Assembly (NCBI RefSeq): GCF_000315625.1
Contig: NW_005434516.1
Span: 88,414-121,088 of the forward strand
Reading direction: 5' to 3'
DNA: 32,675 nucleotides
DNA from: Guillardia theta CCMP2712
Taxonomy: Eukaryota; Protista; Cryptophyta
The notes under the pieces are model-generated. The model saw only the letters and a list, made by a program, of their open reading frames with translations. It ran no database searches and was not told the origin of the DNA. Of the stretch, positions 1-10,152 are shown piece by piece. How positions within the stretch are numbered: the first letter of the stretch is position 1; every line of letters begins with the position of its first letter. The translations under genes were made by a program, and so were the position numbers.

Positions 1-481
1 CAGGATGAAGAGCTTCCGGCATACCTGCGTAGGATGAGAGGAGAGGGATGGAGTATCATCGGACTGGAGCAAGCGTCTGATAGCATCGCTCTGCACAAGT
101 TCGAGGTTGGTCTTGCCTCTACCTGCTCCCTCTCCTCCCCCCTCTTTTGCCGTTTCCCTCTGCCATCCACTCCGTTCCTCCGCCCTCCCTTGTCCTCTCC
201 TTGTCCTCTCCTTTCTTTTCCTGCTCTGCCCTGCCCTGCCCTGCCCTGCCCTCCTATCTCCTTCCTCCTTCCTCCTGCGTCCTCCTCAGACTCCCTTTCA
301 GTTTCCCGACAAGGCCATCCTGCTGCTGGGCAAGGAGAAGGAGGGCATCCCCCAGCCCCTCCTCCACCTGCTGGATTTCTGCTTGGAAATCCCCCAGCTC
401 GGAATGATCCGATCGCTCAACGTGCATGTCAGTGCTGCGTGCACGCTGTGGCAGTGGAACCAGCAATTTCTGCTGGACTAG
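1..481 (+). CDS. 3' end of SpoU/TrmH (SPOUT) tRNA guanosine-2'-O-methyltransferase, Trm3/TARBP1-like; exons <1-105 and 302-481
   Basis: Removing the phase-0 GT-AG intron 106-301 gives ...GWSIIGLEQASDSIALHKFE|FPDKAILLLGKEKEGIP...CLEIPQLGMIRSLNVHVSAA...D*. LLLGxExEGIP and IPQLGxxRSLNVHVS are SpoU C-terminal motifs as seen in Trm3/TARBP1. The 5' part lies outside the window. Confidence 0.9.
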
Positions 482-575
482 TAGGAGCAGCTCCTGCTGG
501 ACTAGTAGGAGCAGCTCCTGCTGGACTAGTAGGAGCAGCTCCTGCTGGACTAGTAGGAGCAGCTCCTGCTGGACT
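470..575. repeat. 24-bp minisatellite (CTGCTGGACTAGTAGGAGCAGCTC) x4.4 overlapping the methyltransferase stop codon
   Basis: Four perfect units plus CTGCTGGACT read directly from the sequence. Confidence 0.95.
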
Positions 576-1197
576 TGTGGTAGATGACAATAAAGGGTAA
601 GCAAAGACAAGCGAACATGCGTCGTAAGAAGAGAGCGCGATGAGACAGGATGGGCAAGAGAGGGCGAGGGGCAACGGAGGAAGAGAGGGAGAGAGGGAGA
701 GAGGGAGAGGGAGAGGGAGAGAAGGAGAGAAGGGGGAGAGAGAGACGGAAAGAGGAGGCAGGCAGGCAGGCAGGGATAAGAATTTTGATGCTCTTTGCTA
801 GCTTTCCTTCATTCATGTTGCACAATTTTCGGTAATGCACAGCAGGATTGCAAGTTTCATATTGACTCACTTCCATCAGATTATTCGCAGTTGCAATATA
901 TTGAAACACCAAATGATAATGCTCCGCATCAAGTCAATTATACTTCACATCTCACAAACAACAATATCATCTCTCTTTCGTATGGTCGCCTTCGACCTTG
1001 ATGGACGGTTTCTTTTCTTCACAAAGGTCATGCCATCAGCAAACAGCAAATCGCAGACAAAGACGTGTCGAGGATCGTTATCTTTTCGTCCTAATCCACC
1101 CTATGCTCCTGCTGTCTAGTTTTCTTTGTTATCTGACACATTTACAATCCAACAAACGCATGCATCAACAAGATTAGCTTTATTCTTCTTTTCTCAT

Positions 1198-1212
1198 TAT
1201 CGTCGTTATCAT

Positions 1213-1249
<37 letters not shown>

Positions 1250-1351
1250 TCCTTCATCATCCATCATCATCATCATCTCCATCATCTACATCAGCATCAT
1301 CAGCATCTACGTCGTCGTCGTCGTCGTCGTCGTCGTCATCATCATCATCAT

Positions 1352-1434
<83 letters not shown>

Positions 1435-1452
1435 CCGTCATCGTCATCGTCA
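1198..1452. repeat. Interrupted (TCA)n/(TCG)n trinucleotide microsatellite
   Basis: Directly visible. It generates the poly-His/Ser, poly-Asp and poly-Met ORFs in the track. Confidence 0.95.
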
Positions 1453-1617
1453 CAAATAATTGACTCAGCAGATGAGTCCATTTTCTTGTTCCATCCATCC
1501 TCTCCCTTTTTCTCTCCCTTCCTCTCTCTATCTATCTATTTGTCTATCCCTGCCTCCATCAATCTAGTTATCACTCTTTCCCTCTCTCACTGCCCTCCCT
1601 ATCCCATCCCATCCCAT

Positions 1618-1715
1618 CCTCCCTCCTCTCCTCTCCTCTCCTCTCCTCTCCTCTCCTCTCCTCTCCTCTCCTCTCCTCTCCTCTCCTCTCTCCTTTCCTC
1701 TCCTCCTCTCCCCTC
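1618..1715. repeat. (CTCCT)n polypyrimidine microsatellite
   Basis: Directly visible. Confidence 0.9.
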
Positions 1716-2421
1716 CCCTTTCTCCCTCTACGCATGATTTGCCTTCACACGCTTTGGTTGCTGGGAATAACCTACCGGTACTTAATTTTTCGGGGTGGGG
1801 GTTATAAAACTTTGAAGCAAATGAAGACATTTCAGGTAGGAAAGGTGAGGGAAAAGTAGGGTACCCTTCACTAAGAGGGGGTGGTGGTGGTGAACTATTG
1901 TAGAACGTAGGGGTGGTTCACAATTTGTTTTTGAATCGAGGCGGGGATTCGGATTTCATGCTCCAAAAGAGGGTCGAGGGGGAGGGAACAGCAGAAGATG
2001 GCAGGGGACAGAGATGGCGGCGGCGAGATCATGCGATGATGATGAGATGATAGACGTTCAGATGCTGATCATTGCTAAGGAGTTGTTCGAGAGCAGATGA
2101 CATGATAGGTGTTGTGAGGTTGGTAAGAACTTGACATGGAGTGGAAGATGTTGTAGACCGGGAAGAGTCGGGGATGTGATTTCAAATGGTCTGCAAAACA
2201 GGAAAAACTTCGAATGCATGTCTGCACACTAATGAGAATATGGACCAGCGTAGAATGCAACAAATCTTGTGACAGCGTTGCTGTTTTGATCTAATCAACT
2301 TTGATAGTACAGTTCACTTCGTATCTTTGCTTAGAATCGTCTAGAGTCAAACTTCATTTCTTTGCATTTTCAGCCGAACTTCTGCGATATTCTCTTACAT
2401 TTTGATTTCAGGTGCAAATCA

Positions 2422-3983
2422 ATGAAATCTTTGACAACAATCAAGAAGAACAAGAATGTGTTGAGGCGATTGTTGGGCAGAGAGACACTGGGCAAGGCCA
2501 GCACCTCATTCTCCAATGCGAGCATAACAAACAAATTTCAAAACTTTTGCCTCAGAGATTCTTTTGACACCCATGACCCCAAAGCGTCTGAACTCCGACT
2601 CTCCTTTCTCAAGAAGAGGTCCAAGATCATAGAAATCGTCGCAGCGAAGGATGTGATGACCACTCTCTGTTTCTTCTCCTTCCTGCCTCTCACTATGCTC
2701 TTGCTTTCCAGGTCATCTTTGCCCTCACAGCCGCAGGGACGTGTGTAGCCTTTAAGAGGAGCTGCAAGCAGCAAAACCATCGCCTCTGCTTCCTCAACAC
2801 TTCTCCCTTCGAAGTCATCCGCAGCTTGTTCTACAACAAGACCAACAACTCCATCATCACCGTCTCCGTGTACAAGGGCGACAACTTCTCCTCCTTGGTA
2901 TGCCGATCGACGTCTGTGGAGTACATCAAGCGGGGAGAACCCTCGGCTGGCTTCCAGCTGTTCGAGAGCGAGTCGCTCAAGTACCCTGGGTTTGTGGAGT
3001 TTGACGATGTCAACGGGAAGGTGCTGACGTTTTCAGCTTCGGAGAAAGTCTACAAGATCTGGGACCTGAAGAACTACCAGCCTCTCTACTCCATCACCGA
3101 CGAGCTTGTCCACGAGATCAAGATCAGCCCAGGCATCATGCTTCTCATCTACCAGAAGTCGGCGGACGGCGGGCACGTTCCCCTCAAGGTCATTGACATC
3201 GAGAACGGCAGCGTCCTGCAGTCCCTCAAGCAGCCTCTCCATCGCACGCGCAAGATTGACTTCATCGAGCAGTTCAACGAGAAGCTGCTGATCAAGCAGG
3301 AGGGAGAGCCGCTGCAGATCGTCGACATCAGGAATGGAGAGCGACTAGAAATCCCTGCGACCAAGTTCCTCACGCCCTCCGCCTTCATCTTCCTGTACGA
3401 GGTTCAGCTCTTCCTCGCCTTCAGACACAGGCATATCGCTGTGTGGAACTTCCGGGGTGCTCGAGCCTGCAAGTCCCTCGGTTGCTCACTGAAACGCTAT
3501 GGCAGGAGAGATGGTCACACAGTTTGAAGACCACACGCTGTGGAACACGGACTGCAACACGAACAACATCTACATCACGAGCCATCAGGCGAGCAAGCGT
3601 GTCAGGATGTACGGACGTTGCTCATGTTTTGAACTCAGGACCTTATCATCTCTTACTGCAAGCCAACGAGGTGCTCGGACACAGACTACAACCCTGCACA
3701 AGGATGTATCCATGTAAGTTCATCTCCTTCCTCCTCTTGCTGTGCCCTTGGAACGGTGGTCTGCGGTGCAGTCCTCTCCATCCTCAGTAACATGGACTGC
3801 CAGGTGTCGAACATCGTTGACGGCCGATCTCTGGCTAGAATCCAGCCTGGCATTGGCCTGCAACAACAACAACAACAACAACAACTAGCACTCAACGACG
3901 TCACCTCGCTTTTCTACAACGAGGAGTACAACGAGATCTACACGGGCAACAAAGATGGACACCTGCATGTCTGGAGCAACTGA
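2422..3983 (+). CDS. Conserved WD40/beta-propeller-like protein, recalled as similar to the plant uncharacterised 'transducin/WD40-like' family (Arabidopsis At3g54190/At2g38630 type). Exons 2422-2652, 2712-3456, 3506-3588, 3639-3713, 3804-3983
   Basis: The hand-spliced frame is continuous: DTHDPK...KRSKIIEIVAAKD|VIFALT...CFLNTSPFEVIRSLFYNK...PGFVEFDDVNGKVLT...DFIEQFNEKLL...TPSAFIFLYE...WNFRG|EMVTQFEDH...NTNNIYITSHQ|DLIISYCK...GCIH|VSNI...EIYTGNKDGHLHVWSN*. The start is uncertain, since an acceptor-like TTTCAG at 2406-2411 may indicate an upstream exon. Family identity is from memory, not from a search. Confidence 0.85.
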
Positions 3984-4574
3984 TCTCAAGTTCGCCCGTG
4001 AGATAATGTTTTTGTAGTTTGCACATGAAATGAAATGAACGTCCCCAACATAAGACACGAAGGGCAGGGGTTTCAGTGTCACTATTACCATCGTGCTTGT
4101 TTAATGTAGTACTTTACGTGTTCTTTGTTTTGTTTGTTCCTCGTATCATAGCGAGCAAGCACTTATCTGGCCATACCCTTCCATCATCCATACGCAACTG
4201 GTTGTTTACTGGCATCACCTGACTTAATACCATAGCAGCATATACCTCCTAGACTCACTAGTCCCTGAATGCCGACATTTGTCCGCCCCTCAGCACACAT
4301 CGTCTTCTCCCTCTTCCGTCCACCAGCAGTACCTCTAGGCCTTCGACGAGCTTTCATGCAGTTTCAAGATCATAATTCATGTTCTCCAATATCTCTTGAC
4401 CGTACAGCAAACTCAAGACCCTAGTATCCTTTTCATCATCTGAGTCTTGTGCAAGATCTTGAAAGAAGTTCTTACGTTGGATGTAGCTGTTTCCGACGAG
4501 CTTGCAGTTCCGCCAAGTAAGCCATCTGCCGCAGCAAAGATAGCGGCATCTATCAGGGAAGTGCAAGGCTACTG

Positions 4575-4659
4575 GCTATGCACCATGGTATCTACATAGA
4601 GATGCGAGCTATACACCATGATATCAACATAGAGATGCGAGCTATACACCATGATATCA
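4575..4659. repeat. 33-bp tandem repeat x2.6 (GCTATACACCATGATATCAACATAGAGATGCGA)
   Basis: Directly visible; units 1 and 2 differ by three mismatches. Confidence 0.9.
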
Positions 4660-4679
4660 CCAAAGTCTCTCGAACTCAG

Positions 4680-5760
4680 TGTACCGTGTTATCAGTGAGC
4701 CCTCCGCTGACCCCGTCCTGCTGACAGTGATCGGAAGCATGTCACTAGTAGTCGCTTTCGTTCCCGTTCTTCACGGTCTGCCGCTATTTTCAGGTTGGGC
4801 TACCTGAGTTGCACATGGTTGTCCCGGAGACTGATCGCGGCATTTGATCACCATTGATCCACTTGATCACCATTGATTCGTGACTCAGTCTCATCATCCG
4901 ATCCCGTCCCATCCCGCGAGCCCGTTCAACGGTTGAGTCCGACAGTACGGTCGCAAAGTCTCGGGTTGGTGACTACTGATGACACGAGCCTGTCACGTCG
5001 AGCAAGACGCACTACTACTTGACTTGAGTGAGTCCATCAACAGTTGAGCGAGCTGAGCCGCTTGACTCTGATCGGACAGCCTGTCAGGCTGCCACGGTCC
5101 GATCAGTTCCCGGCGGACTCGGACGCCGGCGTGACTTGAGCCAACGGTGGCACTAAGGCTATCCCGGAGTCCTGGCGACCGTACAGTCACGGTCTGAGCC
5201 TCCGAGGGTCGTGCCGCGTGCCGCGAGTTTATTCAAAGGCAAAGAGAGTCGAGGAGGCTTGACCCTGACCGTGACTGTCGCACAGGCCATACGGCTAGAA
5301 GAGAAAAGACAGCGAGAACCAACTTGAACTTGAAACCCCAGAGTCCTGCAGTGCCAACTACCGTACCGTGATACCTTCACTTAACAGTGCGCCCGCAAGA
5401 CTATTCCCCCGGGCCATGCCAGCAATCATAGGGGCTGTGCCACGGCCCGGTGGCAAGCGGGCCGGGCCTCCTCGCCGTCGGATCGGACTCCCCGGACGTA
5501 CGTGACTCAGTGACCGTACGCCCCGTCCGAGTCTCAGTACGGTCCTGATTCAACACGGCCCCGGCCACCTTTGAAGGACTCAGTGACAGGCTACCGGCGT
5601 GACTGACTCACTTATGATCCGGTCCGATCGGAATGGCCGATCACTGATCCGATCAATATCTCCGAGTCAAGTCACTGACTTAAAAAAAAACCTCGGGATT
5701 TTTTTGTCTCGATTTTTCGGAAGTCTCATTTTTACCGGCGTGGCGGGCCATGACACAGTG
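4680..5760. other. GC-rich non-coding island 1 (palindrome and micro-duplication rich)
   Basis: Dense in TGACTC/GAGTCA, CCGATC, CGTACG and CCCGG, with short duplications (TTGATCACCATTGAT x2, AACTTGAACTTGA, ACCGTACCGT). No credible ORF. Confidence 0.65.
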
Positions 5761-6347
5761 TCGAGTACACCACCCTACCCCCTCTTTTCCGATGTTTGCA
5801 GTCTAATTTCATGGGGTACCAAAAGGCCAGAGAAAGAAGTCACCGATGAACTCTGGCTAAGTCACATCTCCTGCCGGACTTGTAGAGGGCAGGCTCTCAT
5901 GCTGAGCTTCTTTCTAAGTGAGACTCTAATGCATAATGCTCAAGCCCTCTCCCCCGCCCCTTGCTCCCGCCCTTCGGAAGTTCCGAGTCCCCACGCTAGA
6001 ATGACCAGGTATCAAGAGAGCGCATGTCAGTTGTAAAACTCTGATCCGATCCGAAGAAGCCGATCATGAGACAAGGCAGCGAGAAGAGCGTGCAAGCATT
6101 ATGATAGCATCGCATGACAGCTTCATGTCGACAGCATACTATGATAGCATGACAGCTTCACATAGACAGAAGCATACTGACAGTATAGGACCATTCCAGT
6201 ACGACTCGAGGGCTGCCTGAAGTAGAGGATCGACTGTTCAAGAGGGCCGAAGGGATGAGAGAAAGGAGTCTGATAGTCCGAGACGAGAGCTGTACCTGAG
6301 CTGTCAGATCTGATTTATATGCAGGCACAGAGAGTTTGAAAAACTGC

Positions 6348-7304
6348 ATGGCCATGTGCAAACAAAATGGTTTCAACGCATACGTACCCCTCGCTGCCCT
6401 CCCCCCTCCCTTGCCCGCAATCTGCGTCCTTGTGGACGTTCGTGCTCGCAGTCGCGTCCTCCTTGCCAGCCCTCAGTGGATCTCGCTCTTCGGCTTTAAG
6501 CTCGACTCAGACGTCGTCGGGCACAGCCTGAGCGACCTGCTCCCCGACCTGCCCGTGCTGCATCGGCTGGTCAAGGAGGGCAGCATGGGGTACGCGCGGG
6601 AGGGGTACGTGAGGCTGGGGCAGCAGGGGTCGTTCCGGGTATCCTGCAGGCCGGTGGGGGGGGACATGGAGGACGGGGACCCTGTGGGGTGCGTGCTTGG
6701 GTTTAGGAGGACGCGTGCGGAGGAGTTCGAGCGGGGGATGCTGGAGACGCGGGAGGCAGTGGTGCTGGTGGGGGCGGACGCGGGGCTGACGATCCTGGGG
6801 TACAACCAGGAGGCGCTAAGATGTGTTGGGCGAGAAGGGGAGCTGAATGGGAGCGTGACGGAGCTGACGGAGGAGAAGGAAGACGGGGAGAGGCTGGCAG
6901 AGGTGTGCCGGAGGCGGCTGAGGGAGGAGGAGGGAGCGGAGGAGGCGACCTGGGAGACGGTGTGGGTAGGGAGGTCGAGGGTGAAGGTTTATCCGGTGGC
7001 GCTATACTCGGGGAGCCGGGGGAGGCTATGCGGAGTGCTGCTGTACATGCGAGAGGATAAGGGGATATGCCGAAGGACGTCGAGCATTGCCAATGTGTGC
7101 GAGGCGAAGTGGGAGGTCCGAGAGGACAGGAGCTCTGTCAGAGGAGGAGGGGGGAGACAAGGGAGACAGGTTGTTGTAACACCCGTCAAGTGGTACATGC
7201 TTCATGCGCTGGGAGTGGTGTTGATACTATTGGGCGCATGCCTATTAGTCAGCTTTGAGCAAGAAGGGCAAGACGAGGGTAGGGTACACCTATGCTTGTA
7301 TTAA
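6348..7304 (+). CDS. Tandem PAS-like domain protein with a C-terminal transmembrane segment (copy A)
   Basis: Repeat 1 (VLVDVRARSRVLLASPQWISLFGF...DVVGHSLSDLLP...FRVSCRPV...GDPVGCVLGF) and repeat 2 (EAVVLV...ILGYNQEALRCVG...ELNGSVTEL...VKVYPV...GRLCGVLLYMRE) follow the PAS pattern. The tail WYMLHALGVVLILLGACLLVSF is hydrophobic. First ATG used; start uncertain; 7116-7169 may be an in-frame intron. Confidence 0.65.
   Translation: MAMCKQNGFNAYVPLAALPPPLPAICVLVDVRARSRVLLASPQWISLFGFKLDSDVVGHSLSDLLPDLPVLHRLVKEGSMGYAREGYVRLGQQGSFRVSCRPVGGDMEDGDPVGCVLGFRRTRAEEFERGMLETREAVVLVGADAGLTILGYNQEALRCVGREGELNGSVTELTEEKEDGERLAEVCRRRLREEEGAEEATWETVWVGRSRVKVYPVALYSGSRGRLCGVLLYMREDKGICRRTSSIANVCEAKWEVREDRSSVRGGGGRQGRQVVVTPVKWYMLHALGVVLILLGACLLVSFEQEGQDEGRVHLCLY
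6430..7114 (+). repeat. 685-bp dispersed duplication, copy 1 (partner 17795-18479)
   Basis: Ungapped alignment at offset 11365, with about 9 substitutions by manual count. Confidence 0.97.
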
Positions 7305-7499
7305 AGTGAACTGCCTTGCTGCTGGAGAAGCCCTTGCCTTTATGTGTAAGTTGTGCTGGGGAAGTGCATGTCATGTGCTAACTACATGAGCAACCGATTA
7401 GACGGTATCCGATGATCAATTTGCAAAGCCTCTGATTGTTTGATACTCACGCCAACATTGCCCGGATATCTTCGCAAAAGCCTTGGCTCAACCCAAGTT

Positions 7500-8450
7500 C
7501 TACGGCTGTTTTCTTCCGACCCCCGCTGGCTTGTACCGCCGGAGTCCGATCGGATCTCTCACTGTCAGTGAACTTGGGAAGTTCTCACTGCCCGGCGGGC
7601 CGCGGGCCCCCCGGGCCCAGAGTCACTGTGCCGCGTGACCGTCGGACTGCCGCAGTGCCGCGCCGAGTCAGATCATCAGTCTCGGACTGGAGTCCGGGCG
7701 CGGCAGGTGACTCGAACGGCGTCGGAAAGTCTGAGCCTAGTACGCCGGGTACGCCGTGTCGCCAGGTTCAAACGGTTGCCCGGTGACCTGTGCCAACGGC
7801 ACGGTCGGAACTAAGTTGAGTCACTTCCGGGGACTCGGGACTGGGATGGGCCCGGCGGCCCCCGCGTGCGGGCCGACCCGGCGTACGGTCCGAGGCTCAG
7901 CCGGCGGCCGCCCCGCACTGCACTGCCATCGGCCTCAGCAGCGGCGGCACCCAGGGCCACCGGCCCGGGGTACTATGACCGGGCCGGGCGGTGCCCCCCG
8001 CCCCGGCGCGTCCAGTCCGGCCGGCGGGCCGCACCCGGGCCGGGTACGCCTGCAGTCCGTCCGCTGTCGGAGGGCCTCCCCACCGCGCGGCGCCGGCCGG
8101 CGGCCGGGCCACGGTCACAAGTTACCGCAGTACTCTCGGAATTAGCCAAGTTGAGTGAAGAAGGCTAAAAGCGCGCCGGGGCGAGTCACTGCAGTGACTC
8201 GGTGGCACTGTGCCACGGTGACTCGGCGAGTCGGATCATCATGCGGATCCGACGATCGGACGCGCCCGTCGCCGGTGCCGGCAGCCCGGCGGGCGGGCCC
8301 GCGACCCGGCCGGCCCGGCACTACAGGCGGCCCCGCAGGCTGACTCCCGACTCTATCATACCGGTAGTGATCCCGCGGCCACGTGACTGGCCCCGGCGGG
8401 CGCCGGCGAGTTGAGTGAAGGGGCTGCAAGGGCCCATGAGCCCCGGGGGT
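7500..8450. other. GC-rich non-coding island 2
   Basis: Very high GC with CCGG/GGCC/GGGCCC/CCGATCGG palindromes and a hairpin CAGTGAACTT-GGG-AAGTTCTCACTG (~7566-7590). ORFs here are G/P/R/A-rich artefacts. Confidence 0.7.
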
Positions 8451-9219
8451 CTCCCCTTGTTTACTTCACTCATGGCTCATGTCACCAGTATAACATGAAG
8501 CGTTTCACTCGATTTTATGTCATCTCTGTCAGCAAGATCACATGGGACTGACGGGTGTGCTCCCGAGACTGTCTGTCCCGCAGATCCCGCCCCTTACCCC
8601 TTCCGAACACGCAGACCATGAAGGGGTCAAACAGTAGTTCCTAACCATGTGTGATTTTCATTATAGTGAGACTTAATAGATCGCTGCTCTAGTACCCCAC
8701 CTTGTGTTTACTGTTTCGTGGAAACCGGAGTTTCGCGCTCACTAAAACGGTTTTTGAGTTTAAATGTGAATTTTACAGCTCAGCTTGGTCACATGGCATA
8801 TCTTCTATAGCCACGGAGCTTGGGGAGTATTGAATCCCAGGGGTGGGGTGGGTCTGAAGACCCAGTGGATGGGGTAGTGATATGAGAAAACAAAGGGAAA
8901 GTTCAGGGTGGGGGTGGGAGATTTGTGGTTGTCTGAAACGATGCGGTTCAGGAGGTGGGGTAGATGGACAGAAGGTCTTATTGAACAAGGGTAGGGGGTA
9001 CCACCATAAAATTGATTTCTGAAGTGGGGTGGGCCCAGAAGTCTGTCTGTTGAAGTCAGTGGGCATAGTGGTACATGCTTGAATATTTCCTATTAATAGG
9101 AATAGGTAATATAGGGATAGTCCCTACATAGAGGGTGAAGTCTAAGAGGTGGTAGTGTGAAGTAGCAAGGATTTGAAAAGTAGGGGGTAGGGGTAATAAG
9201 AGGTGCGGTAGGGTCTAAC

Positions 9220-10011
9220 ATGGACATAGTAGAAGGAGCAGGAGGCCGATCGCGGATGCAGAACAGCGGGAAGCAACAAGAAATGGCAACAGCGGTAGCA
9301 GCGAACAGCCGGTTCGACATGTCCAGTATCAAGGACGAGGAGAAGCTGGAGCTCGATAGAGCTGATGAAGGGAAGTTTGAGGGGAGCAGCAGAAAGCCTG
9401 AATGCGAGGGTATCGATGCCACCAAGAGTGGTAGGAGCGGGTCCATCGTTGGGCTGTCCGAGGTCGGGAAGGTCGGACTGATTGATGAGACTGAAGCCGA
9501 TGTCGATCAGAGCACCACGTTGCAAGGTGGTGGGGACGAGGAGAAGCCAAAGAAAGCTCCTGCCAGGCCAATGATAAGACGAGCCAATACCCTGCATGTC
9601 GACTCGCCGAGTGCAGCGATTACCTCGGCCCCTGCCCCTGAATGCTTCAGGGGGATATGCGCCGTTATGGGGATGTGCATATGTAACATGAAGGACAGAG
9701 CGCAACCCACCATCGCCTCCTCAAAGCTATGTCAGAACTCGTTCAGAAAGCTTGCGGTCGAGGCTCAGGAAGCTCCTCCTCCTGAGGTCGAGAAGCCTGT
9801 CAGACCCGATGTGATCAAGGAGAAGGATGGGGATAAGCTTGTGGACGGGACTAAGGAGGAGGAGGGAGGGGAGAAAGAGGAGGAGGGTTCTGGGAGCGAG
9901 GAGAAGGGAGCAGAGGAAAAGGCCGGGGAAACAACACAGAATTCCTCAGTGGGGGGAGGAGCAGAGGAGAGTGTCAATCTAGTGGGGTCAACGGTGAAAG
10001 GATTCTTTTGA
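9220..10011 (+). CDS. Hypothetical 263-aa acidic, probably disordered protein with a small Cys cluster
   Basis: Uninterrupted ATG-TGA ORF with coding-like composition and a T-rich 3' region. Contains RRANTL and CFRGICAVMGMCIC. No family recognised. Confidence 0.6.
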   Translation: MDIVEGAGGRSRMQNSGKQQEMATAVAANSRFDMSSIKDEEKLELDRADEGKFEGSSRKPECEGIDATKSGRSGSIVGLSEVGKVGLIDETEADVDQSTTLQGGGDEEKPKKAPARPMIRRANTLHVDSPSAAITSAPAPECFRGICAVMGMCICNMKDRAQPTIASSKLCQNSFRKLAVEAQEAPPPEVEKPVRPDVIKEKDGDKLVDGTKEEEGGEKEEEGSGSEEKGAEEKAGETTQNSSVGGGAEESVNLVGSTVKGFF

Positions 10012-10152
10012 TTCTTTTGTGCAAGTAGTACAGCTAGATTTTGTTAGCTGGTCTTTTTTTTTGATTCTTTGATTCGCTTGTATTCTTTCAATCAGGATGT
10101 AGGAAAAAAACGCAATGAACGTTGAAAACTTCCTCAAGCAACTTGTCATGAT

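Noticed and set aside
470-575. Palindromic repeats as a CRISPR array
   Set aside because: No spacers, eukaryotic context and no cas genes.
34-600. 188-aa ORF with (GLVGAAPA)n and overlapping antisense repeat ORFs
   Set aside because: They read through an intron and the 24-bp minisatellite; the spliced SpoU frame explains the region.
975-1010. VAFDLDG resembling HAD phosphatase motif I
   Set aside because: Lacks the following T/V, and no other HAD motifs or exon chain were found.
1126-1737. Poly-His/poly-Ser 203-aa ORF
   Set aside because: Translation of microsatellites with a TTG start.
7436-8429. Multiple overlapping G/P/R/A-rich ORFs (also at 19214-19601)
   Set aside because: Stop-codon scarcity in GC-rich DNA, open in many frames, no motifs.
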